A stretch of DNA of 64,000 bases from Oscillospiraceae bacterium (GTDB taxonomy: Bacteria > Bacillota > Clostridia > Oscillospirales > Acutalibacteraceae). The stretch covers positions 9,063-73,062 of the forward strand of contig SVPD01000002.1 in assembly GCA_015066045.1 (NCBI GenBank), in the 5' to 3' direction. The notes beneath the pieces were generated by a model. That model saw only the letters and a list, made by a program, of their open reading frames with translations. It did not search any database and was not told where the DNA came from. The position numbers and the translations under genes are program-made. Shown in pieces: positions 34,542 to 45,900 of the stretch; within the stretch, counting starts at the first letter, position 1; the number at the start of each line of letters is the position of its first letter.

Positions 34542-35060
34542 ATCGCTATCAAAGAAATGCAAATCAATGAAGAGATTAATGACAAAGAGCTCCGTGTCAT
34601 CCTCGGTGACGGTGAGGTTCTCGGCATTATGTCGGCAGAGGAAGCTTTAAAAATTGCCGAAGAAAAAAATCTTGACTTAGTTAAGATTGCTCCTCAGGCA
34701 GTTCCGCCGGTTTGTAAAATAATGGACTACGGAAAGTATCGTTTTGAGCAGACCAAGCGTGAAAAGGAAGCAAAGAAAAATCAGCATGTTGTCGAAATCA
34801 AAGAAATCAGACTTTCCCTTAACATTGACACGCATGACTTCGAAACCAAGGTAAACCATGCAAGACGTTTCCTTACAAGCGGCAACAAGGTAAAGGTGTC
34901 TATCCGTTTCAGAGGCCGTGAAATGGCTCACACTGAGCACGGTATCACCACTATGCAGCAGTTTGCACAGGCCTGTCAGGAGTTCGGTAATCTTGAAAAG
35001 GCACCTAAGCTCGAAGGTAAATCAATGATGATGTTCCTGGCGCCCAAGCCAAAAAAGTAA
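34542..35060 (+). CDS. infC: translation initiation factor IF-3
   Basis: INEEINDKELRVILGDGEVLGIMSAEEALKIAEEKNLDLVKIAP. Proposed ATC start lies 9 nt after the GGAGG; the ATG at 34536 is only 3 nt after the SD. Confidence 0.88.
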   Translation: MAIKEMQINEEINDKELRVILGDGEVLGIMSAEEALKIAEEKNLDLVKIAPQAVPPVCKIMDYGKYRFEQTKREKEAKKNQHVVEIKEIRLSLNIDTHDFETKVNHARRFLTSGNKVKVSIRFRGREMAHTEHGITTMQQFAQACQEFGNLEKAPKLEGKSMMMFLAPKPKK

Positions 35061-35078
35061 TAACAGGAGGAATTTACA

Positions 35079-35276
35079 ATGCCTAAAATTAAAACACACA
35101 GCGGTGCAAAGAAACGTTTTAAGCTTTCCAAAAACGGTAAGCCCATCCGCTACCATGCAAACAAATCCCACATCCTTACTAAGAAGAACACAAAGCGTAA
35201 GAGAGGTCTTCGTCAGACTACTGTCGCCGACAAGACAAACGAGAAGCAGATTAAGCGTCTTATTCCTTACAAATAA
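35079..35276 (+). CDS. rpmI: 50S ribosomal protein L35
   Basis: [21 protein letters not shown]. Confidence 0.95.
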   Translation: MPKIKTHSGAKKRFKLSKNGKPIRYHANKSHILTKKNTKRKRGLRQTTVADKTNEKQIKRLIPYK

Positions 35277-35321
35277 TTCACAAAAACAACTTAATTTTAT
35301 AACTAACGGAGGTACTTAATC

Positions 35322-35675
35322 ATGGCTCGTATTAAAGGCGCAATGATGACTCGTAAGAGAAGAAATAAAGTATTAAAGCTCGCTAAGGGCTATTATGGCT
35401 CAAAGCATAGCCTCTTCAAAACCGCAAAGCAGGCAGTTATGAAGTCCGGCAACTATGCTTACATCGGCAGAAAGCAGAAGAAGAGAGATTTCCGCCGTCT
35501 CTGGATTACCAGAATCTCTGCTGCTTGCAAGGCTAATGGCACAAACTACTCCACATTTATGAACGGCCTTAAGAAAGCAGACATCACTCTTAACAGAAAG
35601 ATGCTCTCAGAAATCGCTATCGCTGATCCCGCAGCCTTCACTGCACTCGTAGAAAAAGCTAAGGCAGCTCTTTAA
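35322..35675 (+). CDS. rplT: 50S ribosomal protein L20
   Basis: [28 protein letters not shown]. Confidence 0.96.
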   Translation: MARIKGAMMTRKRRNKVLKLAKGYYGSKHSLFKTAKQAVMKSGNYAYIGRKQKKRDFRRLWITRISAACKANGTNYSTFMNGLKKADITLNRKMLSEIAIADPAAFTALVEKAKAAL

Positions 35676-35687
35676 TTTCAAAAATTT

Positions 35688-35726
35688 ACGTCCGAGATTA
35701 TTTTTCTCGGGCGTATTTGTGTTTTT
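35688..35726 (+). terminator. rho-independent terminator
   Basis: ACGTCCGAG / CTCGGGCGT stem followed by ATTTGTGTTTTT. Confidence 0.7.
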
Positions 35727-35760
35727 AAAAGGAACTGAAATTTACTGAAAATGGGGTAAA

Positions 35761-36543
35761 ATGATGAACAGACTTGACAGTGTTGCCAATGAAAAAATCA
35801 AATCAGCAGTTAAAATAGCCGCCTCATCCAAGGCACGTAAGGAAACAGGTCTGTTTTTTCTGGAGGGGCTGCGTCTCTGCCGTGACAGTGCTCTTTCCGG
35901 CACTGCTGTCAGATATGCCTTTTTCACTGACAGGGCTTATGAAAGGTTTACTCAGGATGCCGCTCTTATCTGCTCGAAGGCACGTGAGGCTTATCTTGTC
36001 TCGGAGGCAGTGGCTGATAAGCTTTCTCTGACACAGACATCACAGGGCTTTTTCTGCATTTGTGAAAAAGAGAAGTCCGAGCCTCTTTCATCTCTTGACT
36101 CAGAGGGTAAATACATCGCTCTGGAAAACATTCAGGATCCCTCTAATCTCGGAGCTATATGCCGTACTGCAGAGGCACTCGGCATAAAGGGTGCCATACT
36201 CTGCGGCTGCTGCGACAGATATTCGCCTAAAAGCCAGCGTGCGGCTATGGGCTCACTGCTCAGACTTCCCGTTTTTGAGACGGATGACCTTCCCCGTGAA
36301 ATCGAGGCTCTCAAAAAAAGGGGAATGAAGGTTTACGCCACATCTCCCGACTCCTCTGCCCGAAAAATCACCGAGGCTCCCATGGACGGCGGTGTGGTAT
36401 GTGTTATAGGCAATGAGGGTAACGGTGTAAGCGAAAGCGTTTTTGCACTGTGCGAAAGGGTTACCATTCCGATGCAGGGCAATGCCGAGTCTCTCAACGC
36501 TTCAATGGCGGCAGCTATAACTATGTGGGAGATGATGAGATAA
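35761..36543 (+). CDS. TrmH/SpoU family RNA 2'-O-methyltransferase
   Basis: DPSNLGAICRTAEALG and GNEGNGVS, LNASMAAAI motifs. Confidence 0.85.
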   Translation: MMNRLDSVANEKIKSAVKIAASSKARKETGLFFLEGLRLCRDSALSGTAVRYAFFTDRAYERFTQDAALICSKAREAYLVSEAVADKLSLTQTSQGFFCICEKEKSEPLSSLDSEGKYIALENIQDPSNLGAICRTAEALGIKGAILCGCCDRYSPKSQRAAMGSLLRLPVFETDDLPREIEALKKRGMKVYATSPDSSARKITEAPMDGGVVCVIGNEGNGVSESVFALCERVTIPMQGNAESLNASMAAAITMWEMMR

Positions 36544-37761
36544 ATGGAAAGGGAAATCTATTGGCTCTGGCTGCAGGGTGCCGTAGGCTATGCCAAGCCT
36601 GTGAAAAAGCTCATAAACACCTTCGGCGATGCAAAGGGCGTTTATGAAGCCTCGACCGAGGACATAGCAGAGGCTCAGCTTCGGGGCTTCAACCATAAGG
36701 CGGCAGTCAGAATTAAAGACGAAGACATCGAAAAATATTACGATACCTACGATTTTTGTCTCAAGCATAAAATCCGCATCCTTACTCCCGACAGTGAATT
36801 TTACCCTCAAAGGCTCCTTGAAACAGAAAATTTTCCTCTCGCTCTTTATGTAAGAGGTGACTATACCTGCCTTAACGCTGAGAAGGCTCTCGGTGTTATC
36901 GGCAGCAGAACACCGTCTATGTACGGAGAAGAAGCGACACGCACCATCGTAAGTCAGCTCTGTGAAAACGGAGTGCTTATCGTAAGCGGCGGGGCAGTCG
37001 GCATCGACACCATAGCCCACAGAACCGCCATAGAATGCGGCGGCAGGACAGTGCTGGTTATGGGCTGCGGTCACGGCTCGGGTTATCTTCCCGAAAACAG
37101 TGCTCTGAGAAAAAGAGTGGCTGAAAACGGCGCTCTGATAACGGAGTTTCCGCCCTTTACCAATGTTTCACACGGCTCCTTCCCCCAGAGAAACCGTATT
37201 ATTTCCGGTATGACGAGCGGTGTGGTTATAGCTGAGGCTGCCAGATTGAGCGGCACCTTCAGCACGGCAAGACACGCCGTAAGGCAGGGCAGAGAGCTGT
37301 TTGTGCTGCCCGGTGACATAAAAAGCGGAAACTATGAAGGCTCAAATCAGCTAATATCAGAGGGTGCCAAGCCTGTTTTTTCGGCTAAGGATATTATTCC
37401 TGACGCTAAGGTGAGCGTAAAATATGCTCCCAAAACGGGAAATCCCTTCGAAAATATAGAGCTTGAAGCCTCTTCTTACAAAAAGAGAGGGAAGAAAAAA
37501 GCTTCCGAAACCGAAAAGAAGGAAGTAATTCTCGCAAAAGAAGAAAAAAATCTTACAAAAATACAAAAAATTAATCTGGAAACTATTTCTAAAAACGCTG
37601 AAATAGTGTATAATATAATGTCTGACGGTATATGTGTCTTCGACGGCATAGTCCGTGAGTCGGGACTGGAGGTAAGAAAGGTGCTTTCCGCTCTTACCGA
37701 GCTCGAAATGAACGGTGCAGTCATTAAAGAGAGCGCAGATACCTACCGTCTTAATCAGTAA
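36544..37761 (+). CDS. dprA: DNA processing protein DprA
   Basis: GSRTPSMYGEEATRTIVSQL...SGGAVGIDTIAHRTA Rossmann core, with a K-rich insert before the C-terminal winged helix. Confidence 0.9.
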   Translation: MEREIYWLWLQGAVGYAKPVKKLINTFGDAKGVYEASTEDIAEAQLRGFNHKAAVRIKDEDIEKYYDTYDFCLKHKIRILTPDSEFYPQRLLETENFPLALYVRGDYTCLNAEKALGVIGSRTPSMYGEEATRTIVSQLCENGVLIVSGGAVGIDTIAHRTAIECGGRTVLVMGCGHGSGYLPENSALRKRVAENGALITEFPPFTNVSHGSFPQRNRIISGMTSGVVIAEAARLSGTFSTARHAVRQGRELFVLPGDIKSGNYEGSNQLISEGAKPVFSAKDIIPDAKVSVKYAPKTGNPFENIELEASSYKKRGKKKASETEKKEVILAKEEKNLTKIQKINLETISKNAEIVYNIMSDGICVFDGIVRESGLEVRKVLSALTELEMNGAVIKESADTYRLNQ

Positions 37762-37783
37762 ATTTATGAAAAGGTGAAAATAT

Positions 37784-39886
37784 ATGGCAGATTTAATCAT
37801 TGTCGAGTCTCCGTCAAAGGCTAAAACTCTGAAAAACTATCTCGGTGGCGGCTATAACATCGTCGCATCAAAGGGACATATCAGAGATTTACCCGCAGCG
37901 AGACTCAGCGTTGACGTGAAAAACGATTTCGCACCCAAATACAGTATAGTAAAAGGAAAGGAAAAGCTGGTCAAGGAGCTTAAGGCGGCAGTGGCTGAAA
38001 GCGATGAGGTCTATCTCGCAACGGACCCTGACCGTGAGGGGGAAGCCATTTCCTGGCATCTGGCGGAAATTCTCGGTCTTGACCTTAACAGGCTTAACAG
38101 AGTTACCTTTAACGAAATTACCAAAACCGGTGTCAAAAACGGTATGGCAAATCCCCGCCGTGTAGACCTTGATTTGGTTAATGCTCAGCAGGCAAGACGA
38201 ATTTTAGACCGTCTGGTAGGCTATAAGCTCAGCCCCTTCGTTTCTCAGAAAATCAGAAGAGGCCTTTCAGCCGGACGAGTGCAGAGCGTAGCGGTCAGAA
38301 TGATAGTGGACCGTGAAAATGAAATACGTGCCTTTGTTCCCGAGGAATACTGGTCATTGGAGGCTAAGTTCAATGTTTCCAGAAAAACTCTTACCGCTTC
38401 CTTTTACGGCGATGAAACGGGAAAAACAGAGCTTAAAACTCAGGAGCAGACCGACGAAATTCTTTCGAGACTCGACGGTGCGAAATACCACATAAGCTCG
38501 CTTAAAAACGGCACGAGAAAAAAGAATCCCGCACCTCCCTTTATTACCTCCACTCTGCAGCAGGAGGCTTCGAAAAAGCTCGGCTTCAGAGCTGAAAGAA
38601 CCATGAAAATAGCGCAGGAGCTTTACGAGGGTGTTACCGTAAAGGGCTACGGCTCCATCGGTCTTATAACATATATGAGAACTGACTCGCTCCGCATTTC
38701 CGAAGAGGCAAGACAGGCTACCGAGGAGTTTATCAGAGAGAACTACGGTGCGAAATATCTTCCCGAAAAGCCCCGTTACTACAAATCCGGAAGTAATGCA
38801 CAGGACGGACACGAGGCTATCAGACCTTCCACCGTTTCCATTACCCCCGCTATGGTCAAGGACAGCCTTACACCCGAGCAGCTTAAGCTTTACACTCTTA
38901 TCTGGAACCGTTTCGTGGCATCACTTATGGCCTCCTGTGTCCAGAATACACAGAAAATCGAAATCAAGGGTGTCAGAGAGGGTGATGAGCAGCGCTTCTG
39001 TCTTTTCACCGCCAGCGGTTATTCCGTAAAATTTGACGGCTTTACTGCTCTTTATGACCTCGGCGATAAGGGCGAAGACAAATCGAAGCTTCCCGAAGGT
39101 CTCTCTGACGGTGAGGACCTTAAGCTTAAAAGCCTCGATAAGGAGCAGCATTTCACTCAGCCTCCCGCACGATATACCGAAGAGTCTCTCATAAAAACTC
39201 TCGAGGAAAACGGCGTAGGCAGGCCCAGCACCTATGCTACCATCATCTCCACTATCGTAAAGCGCGAATATGTGGTAAGAAAGTCAAAGCAGCTCGTACC
39301 CACAGAGCTCGGTGAGGCTATAGTAAATCTTCTTAAGGAAAAATTCAAAAACATCGTAAACGTGAAGTTTACCGCTCAGCTCGAAAGTGACCTTGACCGT
39401 GTGGGTGAGGGTACACAGGACTATATAAAGATGCTCCACGAATTTTACGGTGATTTCGAGGAAACACTCAAAAAGGCCAAGGCTGAAATGGACGGTGTAA
39501 AAATTCAGCTTAAAGAGGATGAAACGGACATTCCCTGCGAAAAATGCGGCAGAATGATGGTCATTAAGGTAGGCCGCTTCGGCAAATTCCTGGCCTGTCC
39601 CGCTTATCCCGAATGCAAAACAACCAAGCCCTATGTAATCGAAACCGATGCCACCTGTCCCGTATGCGGCGGCAAGGTTATTTCCAAAAAATCAAAGAAG
39701 GGTTATACCTTCTTCGGCTGTGATAAATGGCCCGAATGTAACTTTATGACATGGGACAAACCAACAAACGAAAAATGCCCCAAATGCGGAAAATCACTTT
39801 TCAAGGCAAAGGGCGGTATGCTTAACTGTCTGGACGAAGGCTGCGGCTATTCAGCCAAAGCCACACGTAAGAAAAAAGGCGAGTAA
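37784..39886 (+). CDS. topA: DNA topoisomerase I
   Basis: Toprim IIVESPSKAKTL, ATDPDREGEAI, and C-terminal Cys4 zinc ribbons. Confidence 0.97.
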   Translation: MADLIIVESPSKAKTLKNYLGGGYNIVASKGHIRDLPAARLSVDVKNDFAPKYSIVKGKEKLVKELKAAVAESDEVYLATDPDREGEAISWHLAEILGLDLNRLNRVTFNEITKTGVKNGMANPRRVDLDLVNAQQARRILDRLVGYKLSPFVSQKIRRGLSAGRVQSVAVRMIVDRENEIRAFVPEEYWSLEAKFNVSRKTLTASFYGDETGKTELKTQEQTDEILSRLDGAKYHISSLKNGTRKKNPAPPFITSTLQQEASKKLGFRAERTMKIAQELYEGVTVKGYGSIGLITYMRTDSLRISEEARQATEEFIRENYGAKYLPEKPRYYKSGSNAQDGHEAIRPSTVSITPAMVKDSLTPEQLKLYTLIWNRFVASLMASCVQNTQKIEIKGVREGDEQRFCLFTASGYSVKFDGFTALYDLGDKGEDKSKLPEGLSDGEDLKLKSLDKEQHFTQPPARYTEESLIKTLEENGVGRPSTYATIISTIVKREYVVRKSKQLVPTELGEAIVNLLKEKFKNIVNVKFTAQLESDLDRVGEGTQDYIKMLHEFYGDFEETLKKAKAEMDGVKIQLKEDETDIPCEKCGRMMVIKVGRFGKFLACPAYPECKTTKPYVIETDATCPVCGGKVISKKSKKGYTFFGCDKWPECNFMTWDKPTNEKCPKCGKSLFKAKGGMLNCLDEGCGYSAKATRKKKGE

Positions 39887-39910
39887 ATTAAAAAAAGAGG
39901 CGGTGAAGAA

Positions 39911-41233
39911 ATGAGCAGAGAAACAGTAAAGGTGGTCGGTGCAGGTCTCGCAGGGGTAGAGGCTGCGTGGCAGCTGGCGAATGCAGGGATTAAAACCGAG
40001 CTTTATGAAATGAAGCCCGTCAGGTTTTCTCCCGCTCATAAAAAGCCGACCTTCGCAGAGCTGGTATGCTCCAATTCGCTGAAGGCGGAAAGAGTGGAGT
40101 CTGCCGCAGGTCTTCTCAAAGAGGAGATGCGCCGTCTCGGCTCAATCTGCATCGAATGCGCCTACAAATGTAAGGTGCCTGCGGGCGGAGCTCTGGCCGT
40201 GGACAGAGACGAATTTTCGCATCTGATAACCGAGAAGATAACCGCTCATCCTTATATTACCGTAATAAACGAAGAGGTAACCGAAATTCCCGAGGGCAAC
40301 GTTATCATCGCAGCAGGTCCTCTGGCGAGTGAGGCTCTCAGCGAAAAAATCGCAGAAATCTGCGGAAGCGGTCTTCACTTTTTCGATGCGGCAGCACCCA
40401 TCGTAACGCTCGAAAGCATAGATACGGACAGTGCCTTCTGTGCCTCCAGATATGAGAGAGGCGGGGAGGATGATTATATAAACTGCCCGATGAATAAAGA
40501 GGAATATGAGGCCTTTTATGAGGCTCTTATCGGTGCCGAGAGTGCGGAAACACACTCCTTTGACAAAAGGAAGGACGTTTACGAGGGCTGTATGCCTATC
40601 GAGGTTATGGCGTCCCGAGGCAAGGATACAATGCGCTTCGGCCCCCTCAAGCCCGTAGGTCTGCGTGATCCGAAAACAGGACACCGCCCCTGGGCAGTTC
40701 TTCAGCTTCGCAAGGAAAACAGTAAGGGTACTCTGTTTAATCTGGTGGGCTTTCAGACAAATCTGAAATTCGGTGAGCAGAAAAGAGTTTTTTCTATGAT
40801 TCCTGCTCTGAAAAATGCCGAATTTGTCCGCTACGGTGTAATGCACAGAAATACCTTCATTGACTCGCCAAGGCTTCTGAGCGGTGATTTCAGCTTCAGA
40901 GAAAAGCCATCTCTTTTCTTCGCCGGTCAGATTACCGGTGTGGAGGGCTATATGGAGTCGGCGGCATCGGGAATTATGGCGGGAATGAATATGGTCAGAC
41001 GCCTTAGGGGTGAGCAGACCTTGATTTTACCGGAAACTACTATGATCGGTGCGCTGAGCAGATATATAAGCGATGCTACCGTTTCGAATTTTCAGCCTAT
41101 GGGTGCCAACTTCGGAGTTCTGCCACCCATCGAGCCGAAAATAAGAGATAAAAAAGAAAGATATAAGGCACTGGCCGAAAGAGGCCTTGCAGATTTTGAA
41201 AAATACCTTGACGAAAGGGGAGAGACTAAATGA
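39911..41233 (+). CDS. trmFO: methylenetetrahydrofolate--tRNA-(uracil-5-)-methyltransferase TrmFO
   Basis: VVGAGLAGVEAAWQLA, dprA-topA-trmFO gene order. Confidence 0.95.
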   Translation: MSRETVKVVGAGLAGVEAAWQLANAGIKTELYEMKPVRFSPAHKKPTFAELVCSNSLKAERVESAAGLLKEEMRRLGSICIECAYKCKVPAGGALAVDRDEFSHLITEKITAHPYITVINEEVTEIPEGNVIIAAGPLASEALSEKIAEICGSGLHFFDAAAPIVTLESIDTDSAFCASRYERGGEDDYINCPMNKEEYEAFYEALIGAESAETHSFDKRKDVYEGCMPIEVMASRGKDTMRFGPLKPVGLRDPKTGHRPWAVLQLRKENSKGTLFNLVGFQTNLKFGEQKRVFSMIPALKNAEFVRYGVMHRNTFIDSPRLLSGDFSFREKPSLFFAGQITGVEGYMESAASGIMAGMNMVRRLRGEQTLILPETTMIGALSRYISDATVSNFQPMGANFGVLPPIEPKIRDKKERYKALAERGLADFEKYLDERGETK

Positions 41234-41910
41234 ATACAGAGGATTTCGAAAGAGTTATAGGATATGAATTTAAGGATAAAGGTCTTTTAAGGACTGCACT
41301 TACCCATTCCTCCTATGCCAATGAAAAGCATCTCAGCGGTGAGTGTAACGAAAGACTCGAATTTTTGGGCGACTCGGTGCTCGGTATAATTACTGCTGAG
41401 TATTTTTACCATAACCTTAATCATCTTCCCGAGGGTGAAATGACCAAAAAGAGGGCTGCCTGTGCCTGCGAAAAATCCCTTCACTCCTTTGCACGGGAAA
41501 TCAGTCTCGGAAAATACATTTATCTGGGCAAGGGTGAAGAAAGAATGGGCGGCAGAAAACGTGCCTCCATTCTCGCCGATGCCTTTGAGGCGGTAATCGG
41601 AGCCATTTATCTCGACGGCGGACTGGAAAATGCGAGAAGATTTGTTCTTGATTTCGTGAAAAAGGCAGCCGATGAGCAGCTTTCCTTCGTGGATTATAAG
41701 ACGGTTTTACAGGAAATAATCCAGAAAAATCCCGATGAGCACCTGTCTTATGCAGTGGTGGCTGAAAGCGGCCCCGACCACGATAAGCGCTTCGAGGTCG
41801 AGGTTTACCTTAACAGTAATACCATCGGCTATGGCAAGGGTAAAAGTAAAAAAATAGCCGAGCAGCAGGCTGCAAAGCAGGCTCTCGAGCTTATGGGTGT
41901 GAAGTTTTGA
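41230..41910 (+). CDS. rnc: ribonuclease III
   Basis: NERLEFLGDSVLG signature and a C-terminal dsRBD. Confidence 0.96.
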   Translation: MNTEDFERVIGYEFKDKGLLRTALTHSSYANEKHLSGECNERLEFLGDSVLGIITAEYFYHNLNHLPEGEMTKKRAACACEKSLHSFAREISLGKYIYLGKGEERMGGRKRASILADAFEAVIGAIYLDGGLENARRFVLDFVKKAADEQLSFVDYKTVLQEIIQKNPDEHLSYAVVAESGPDHDKRFEVEVYLNSNTIGYGKGKSKKIAEQQAAKQALELMGVKF

Positions 41911-42908
41911 AGCATATAAATGTAGCACTTTTCGTGCCCGACGAGGGATGTCCCCATCGCTGCAGCTTCTGTAATCAGAAAACCATTTCAGGCAAAACCC
42001 GTCAGCTGACCGTGAAGGATATCGAAGCAGCGGTGGAAACTGCTCTTGCCAGCTCGGACTGCGGTGACGGTGAGATAGCCTTTTTCGGCGGAAGCTTCAC
42101 GGCTATAGAAAGAAATTATATGCTCTCCTTACTCAGAAAGGGTAAAGAGTATATTGACAGGGGCTTTTTTAAAGGAATAAGAATTTCTACCCGTCCCGAC
42201 TGTATTGATGCAGAAATTCTTACTCTTTTAAAGGCTCACGGAGTAACCTCGGTGGAATTGGGCTGCCAGAGCATGGACGATGAGGTTCTCGCTATGAATG
42301 AAAGGGGACACACCTCATCTGATGTGGTGAGGGCTGCCGCACTGATTAAGCAGTTCGGCTTCGAATTCGGTGTGCAGATGATGACAGGCCTTTACGGCGA
42401 CACGGCAGAAAAAACTTTTGCCACGGCTGAAAAGCTGATTTCACTGCGACCTGACACGGCGAGAATTTATCCTACGGTGGTGCTGGAAAATACCCGTCTG
42501 GCCGAGCTTTACGAAAAAGGGGAATACACCCCTCAGACCACCGAAGAGGCCGCCGAGCTTTGTGCAGAGCTGCTGCTTATGTTTCACGGGGCAGGCATAA
42601 GGGTTATAAGACTCGGTCTTCATTCGGGCGGAAATGTGCAGGAGGGCTATGTGGCAGGTGCCTATCATCCCGCCTTCAGAGAGATAGCCGAAAGCAGGAT
42701 TTATCTCAGAAAAATCCGTGAAGAGCTCTTAAAAGAGGGGCTTTCTGCGGGAAAAGCGGAAATCACGGTGGGAAGCCCCTATATTTCGATGGCATCAGGT
42801 CAGAAAAGGTCAAACATAAAGGAGCTTTCAGCACTCGGATATACAGTGAAAATTATCGGAAACGACGAATATAAAAAATATGAAGTAAGTGTGAGGTTAA
42901 AGGAATGA
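41907..42908 (+). CDS. radical SAM protein (ELP3-like family)
   Basis: CPHRCSFCNQ CX3CX2C motif. The TTG start overlaps the rnc stop. Confidence 0.8.
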   Translation: MKHINVALFVPDEGCPHRCSFCNQKTISGKTRQLTVKDIEAAVETALASSDCGDGEIAFFGGSFTAIERNYMLSLLRKGKEYIDRGFFKGIRISTRPDCIDAEILTLLKAHGVTSVELGCQSMDDEVLAMNERGHTSSDVVRAAALIKQFGFEFGVQMMTGLYGDTAEKTFATAEKLISLRPDTARIYPTVVLENTRLAELYEKGEYTPQTTEEAAELCAELLLMFHGAGIRVIRLGLHSGGNVQEGYVAGAYHPAFREIAESRIYLRKIREELLKEGLSAGKAEITVGSPYISMASGQKRSNIKELSALGYTVKIIGNDEYKKYEVSVRLKE

Positions 42909-45900
42909 TATTAACATCACTTGAAATGCAGGGCTTTAAGTCCTTCCCCGAAAAAACCGTCTTAACCTTCGGCAAGGGCATTACGGCAGTAGTCGGCCCT
43001 AACGGAAGCGGTAAGAGTAATATCTCCGATGCGGTGAGGTGGGTTCTCGGTGAACAGTCGAGCAAATCTCTCCGTGGCTCAAAAATGGAGGATGTTATCT
43101 TCGACGGTACGAAAATAAGAAAGGCTCACGGCTTCGCACAGGTAACTCTGCGTCTGGACAATAAGGACAGGTCCATAAAGGGTGCCGACACCGATGAGGT
43201 AGCCGTGACGAGACGCTATTACCGCTCGGGCGAAAGTGAATATAAAATAAACGGTGTCAATGTACGTCTGAAGGATGTGCACGAGCTGTTTATGGATACA
43301 GGTCTGGGCAGAGACGGCTACTCTATGGTCAGTCAGGGCAAGATAGCCGATATGGTCAGCGGAAAAGGCAAGGAATGCCGTGAAATGTTTGAGGAAGCGG
43401 CTGGCATTTCCTCCTACCGCTACAGAAGAAACGATTCTCTTAAAAAGCTCGGACAGGCTGAGGAAAATCTGGTCCGTCTCAGAGATATACTTACTGAGCT
43501 GGAGAGCAGAATAGGACCTCTTAAGCACCAGAGCGAAAAGGCTCAGAAATTCCTCGTTTTAGCCGAGGAAAAAAAGGAGCTCGAAATCGGTCTGTGGCTT
43601 CACAATATCGATAAAATCCGTGATGAGCTGCGTAAGCAGGAGGATAACATCACCATAGCGGCCGGTCATTACGCTCAGACGGAGCAGGAGCTTTCCGAAA
43701 TCGAGCTGATGATAGAGAAAAGCATCGCAGACACTCAGAATATAAACATTAAAATAGATGAAATACGTCAGGGTATTTCTCTTCTGGAGGAAAAGGCTGC
43801 CAATGCAGGCAGTGAGCAGGCCGTTCTGAGAAATTCCATCGAGCATAACAATGACACCATAGAAAGAATTTCCCGTGACCGTTACGACTCCGAAAGCAGT
43901 CAGAATCAGCTTCTTAAGGAAATCGAAAACGAAGAAAAGCTCATTCAGCAGATTAAAAATATCCGTGACGAAAAGACCGCAGAGCTCGAAAAGGTTAATG
44001 CAGAGCTGGACAGAATGCAGAGTGAGGGCGGCTCACTATTAGACGAGTCAAACGAAATCGCCCGTACGGTGGCTCTTCTTACCAAAGAGCTGGCTGACTG
44101 CCGTGTTTCTGTTTCCACCTCGCTTTCGTCCATCGGTGAAATCAAAGCGAGAGTAGAGGTTATCGACTCTCTTATTTCTCAGCGACAGGAAGCGGTGGAT
44201 AATTTAAGCTCGGAAAAAGGCAGAAGCGAAAAGGCTCTTTCCGACTGCGAAAAGGAAATAGAGGAGCTGACCAATTCCGTGGACGGCTACACTCTGAGAT
44301 TTAAAAACAAGGATGCCAAGGCCGATTCGCTCAAAAAAGAGCTGGATGAAAAGGCCTTTGAGGCTCAGCGTGTCACCTCTAAAATTAAAATGCTCGAAGA
44401 GCTCGAAAAGAGCATGGAGGGCTATTCGGGAGCAGTTAAAAAGGTTATCAAGGAAAGCGAAAAGGGTGCTCTCAGAGGTATTCACGGCACACTTTCCCAG
44501 CTTATCTCCGTTAAGGAGGAGTATGCCGTAGCCATAGAAACGGCTCTCGGTAATGCGGTGCAGAACATCGTAACGGAAACAGAAAACGATGCCAAGGCTG
44601 CCATAAATTACCTTAAAAGCTCCAATGCAGGCAGAGCGACCTTCCAGCCCGTTTCCTCCGTTAAGGGTAAGCCCCTGCAGGAGGACGGTCTCGAGGATTG
44701 CTACGGCTACATCGACATAGCCACCAAGCTTCTCACCTATGACGAAAAATACAGTGAGATTATATCTTCACTGCTCGGAAAAACCGTAATTGCCGAGGAC
44801 CTTAGCTGCGCTGTCTCCATCGGTAAAAAGTATTCCCACCGCTTTAAAATCGTCACTCTTGACGGTCAGGTGGTAAACCCCGGCGGCTCTATGACAGGTG
44901 GCTCAGCCATACAGAACATCGGTATTCTTTCACGAAGTAATGAAATCGAAAAGCTGAAGGAAAAGGAAAAGACTCTTAATGCCGCCGTTTCAGAGCTGCA
45001 GAGTCAGTACGACAAAATCGACAGTGAGCTCGCACACATTACCCGTGAGCTCGAAACAGAAAAGGCAAGTCTTGCCGCAGCACAGGAGGAAAAAATCCGT
45101 CTCGAGGGACAGTTCAATCTTATCTGTGAGCAGTTCTATACCGCCAAAAGCGGTGTGGACGAGCTGACGGGCGAAAAGAACAGTGCCGACGAAAGAATAT
45201 TGCGTATACAGGCCTCGTGCGACGAAGCGAGCGAAAAGGTAAAGATGCTTACCAAGGCCATCGAGGATAAGGAGGCAGAGGGTGAGTCTCTGGGCAGAAA
45301 GAGAAGTGAGCTTTCCGAAAAAAGAGAGGAAATCACCGACACTATCTCGAAGCTTAATATGGACATCCACGGTGCTGATAAAGACCTTACCGCACGTACT
45401 CAGGCTCTCAATTTCCTTAAGGCCAGACTTATCGACCACGAGGACAGAGACAAGCAGCTCGATAAGGAAATCGAGGCCATAAAGGTAAGAAATGCCGAAA
45501 TAGAAAAGGAAATCAAGGCACTTTCCTTACTTGCCGAAAACATACATCTTGAGACCGAAAAGGCAAAGCAGGACATTGTTTCACTCCAGAGAAAGAGAAG
45601 CGAAGAGGAGGAGCGTTCCTCGAAGCTTCGTGTAAACGAAAGAGCGAAGAGCGCCGAAAGAGAAAAAATCAGCGGTGAGCTTGCCCGTCTCGAGGAAAGA
45701 AAAGAGACGATGAACAAAGACTACGAGGACACTTTAGCCAAGCTTTACGACGAATATCAGCTTACCAAGCGTGAGGCTGAGGCCGTGGCAGAGCGTCCCG
45801 AGGATCCGAAGGGTGCTCAGAAAAGACTTCACGAAATCAAGGGCTCTATCAGAGCTCTCGGCTCGGTGAATGTAGGTGCCATCGAGGAGTATAAGGAAGT

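Noticed and set aside
36502-37074. 190-aa minus-strand ORF
   Set aside because: It is antisense to dprA and the end of the TrmH-family gene. Shadow ORF.
40142-40846. 234-aa minus-strand ORF
   Set aside because: Antisense to trmFO. Shadow ORF.
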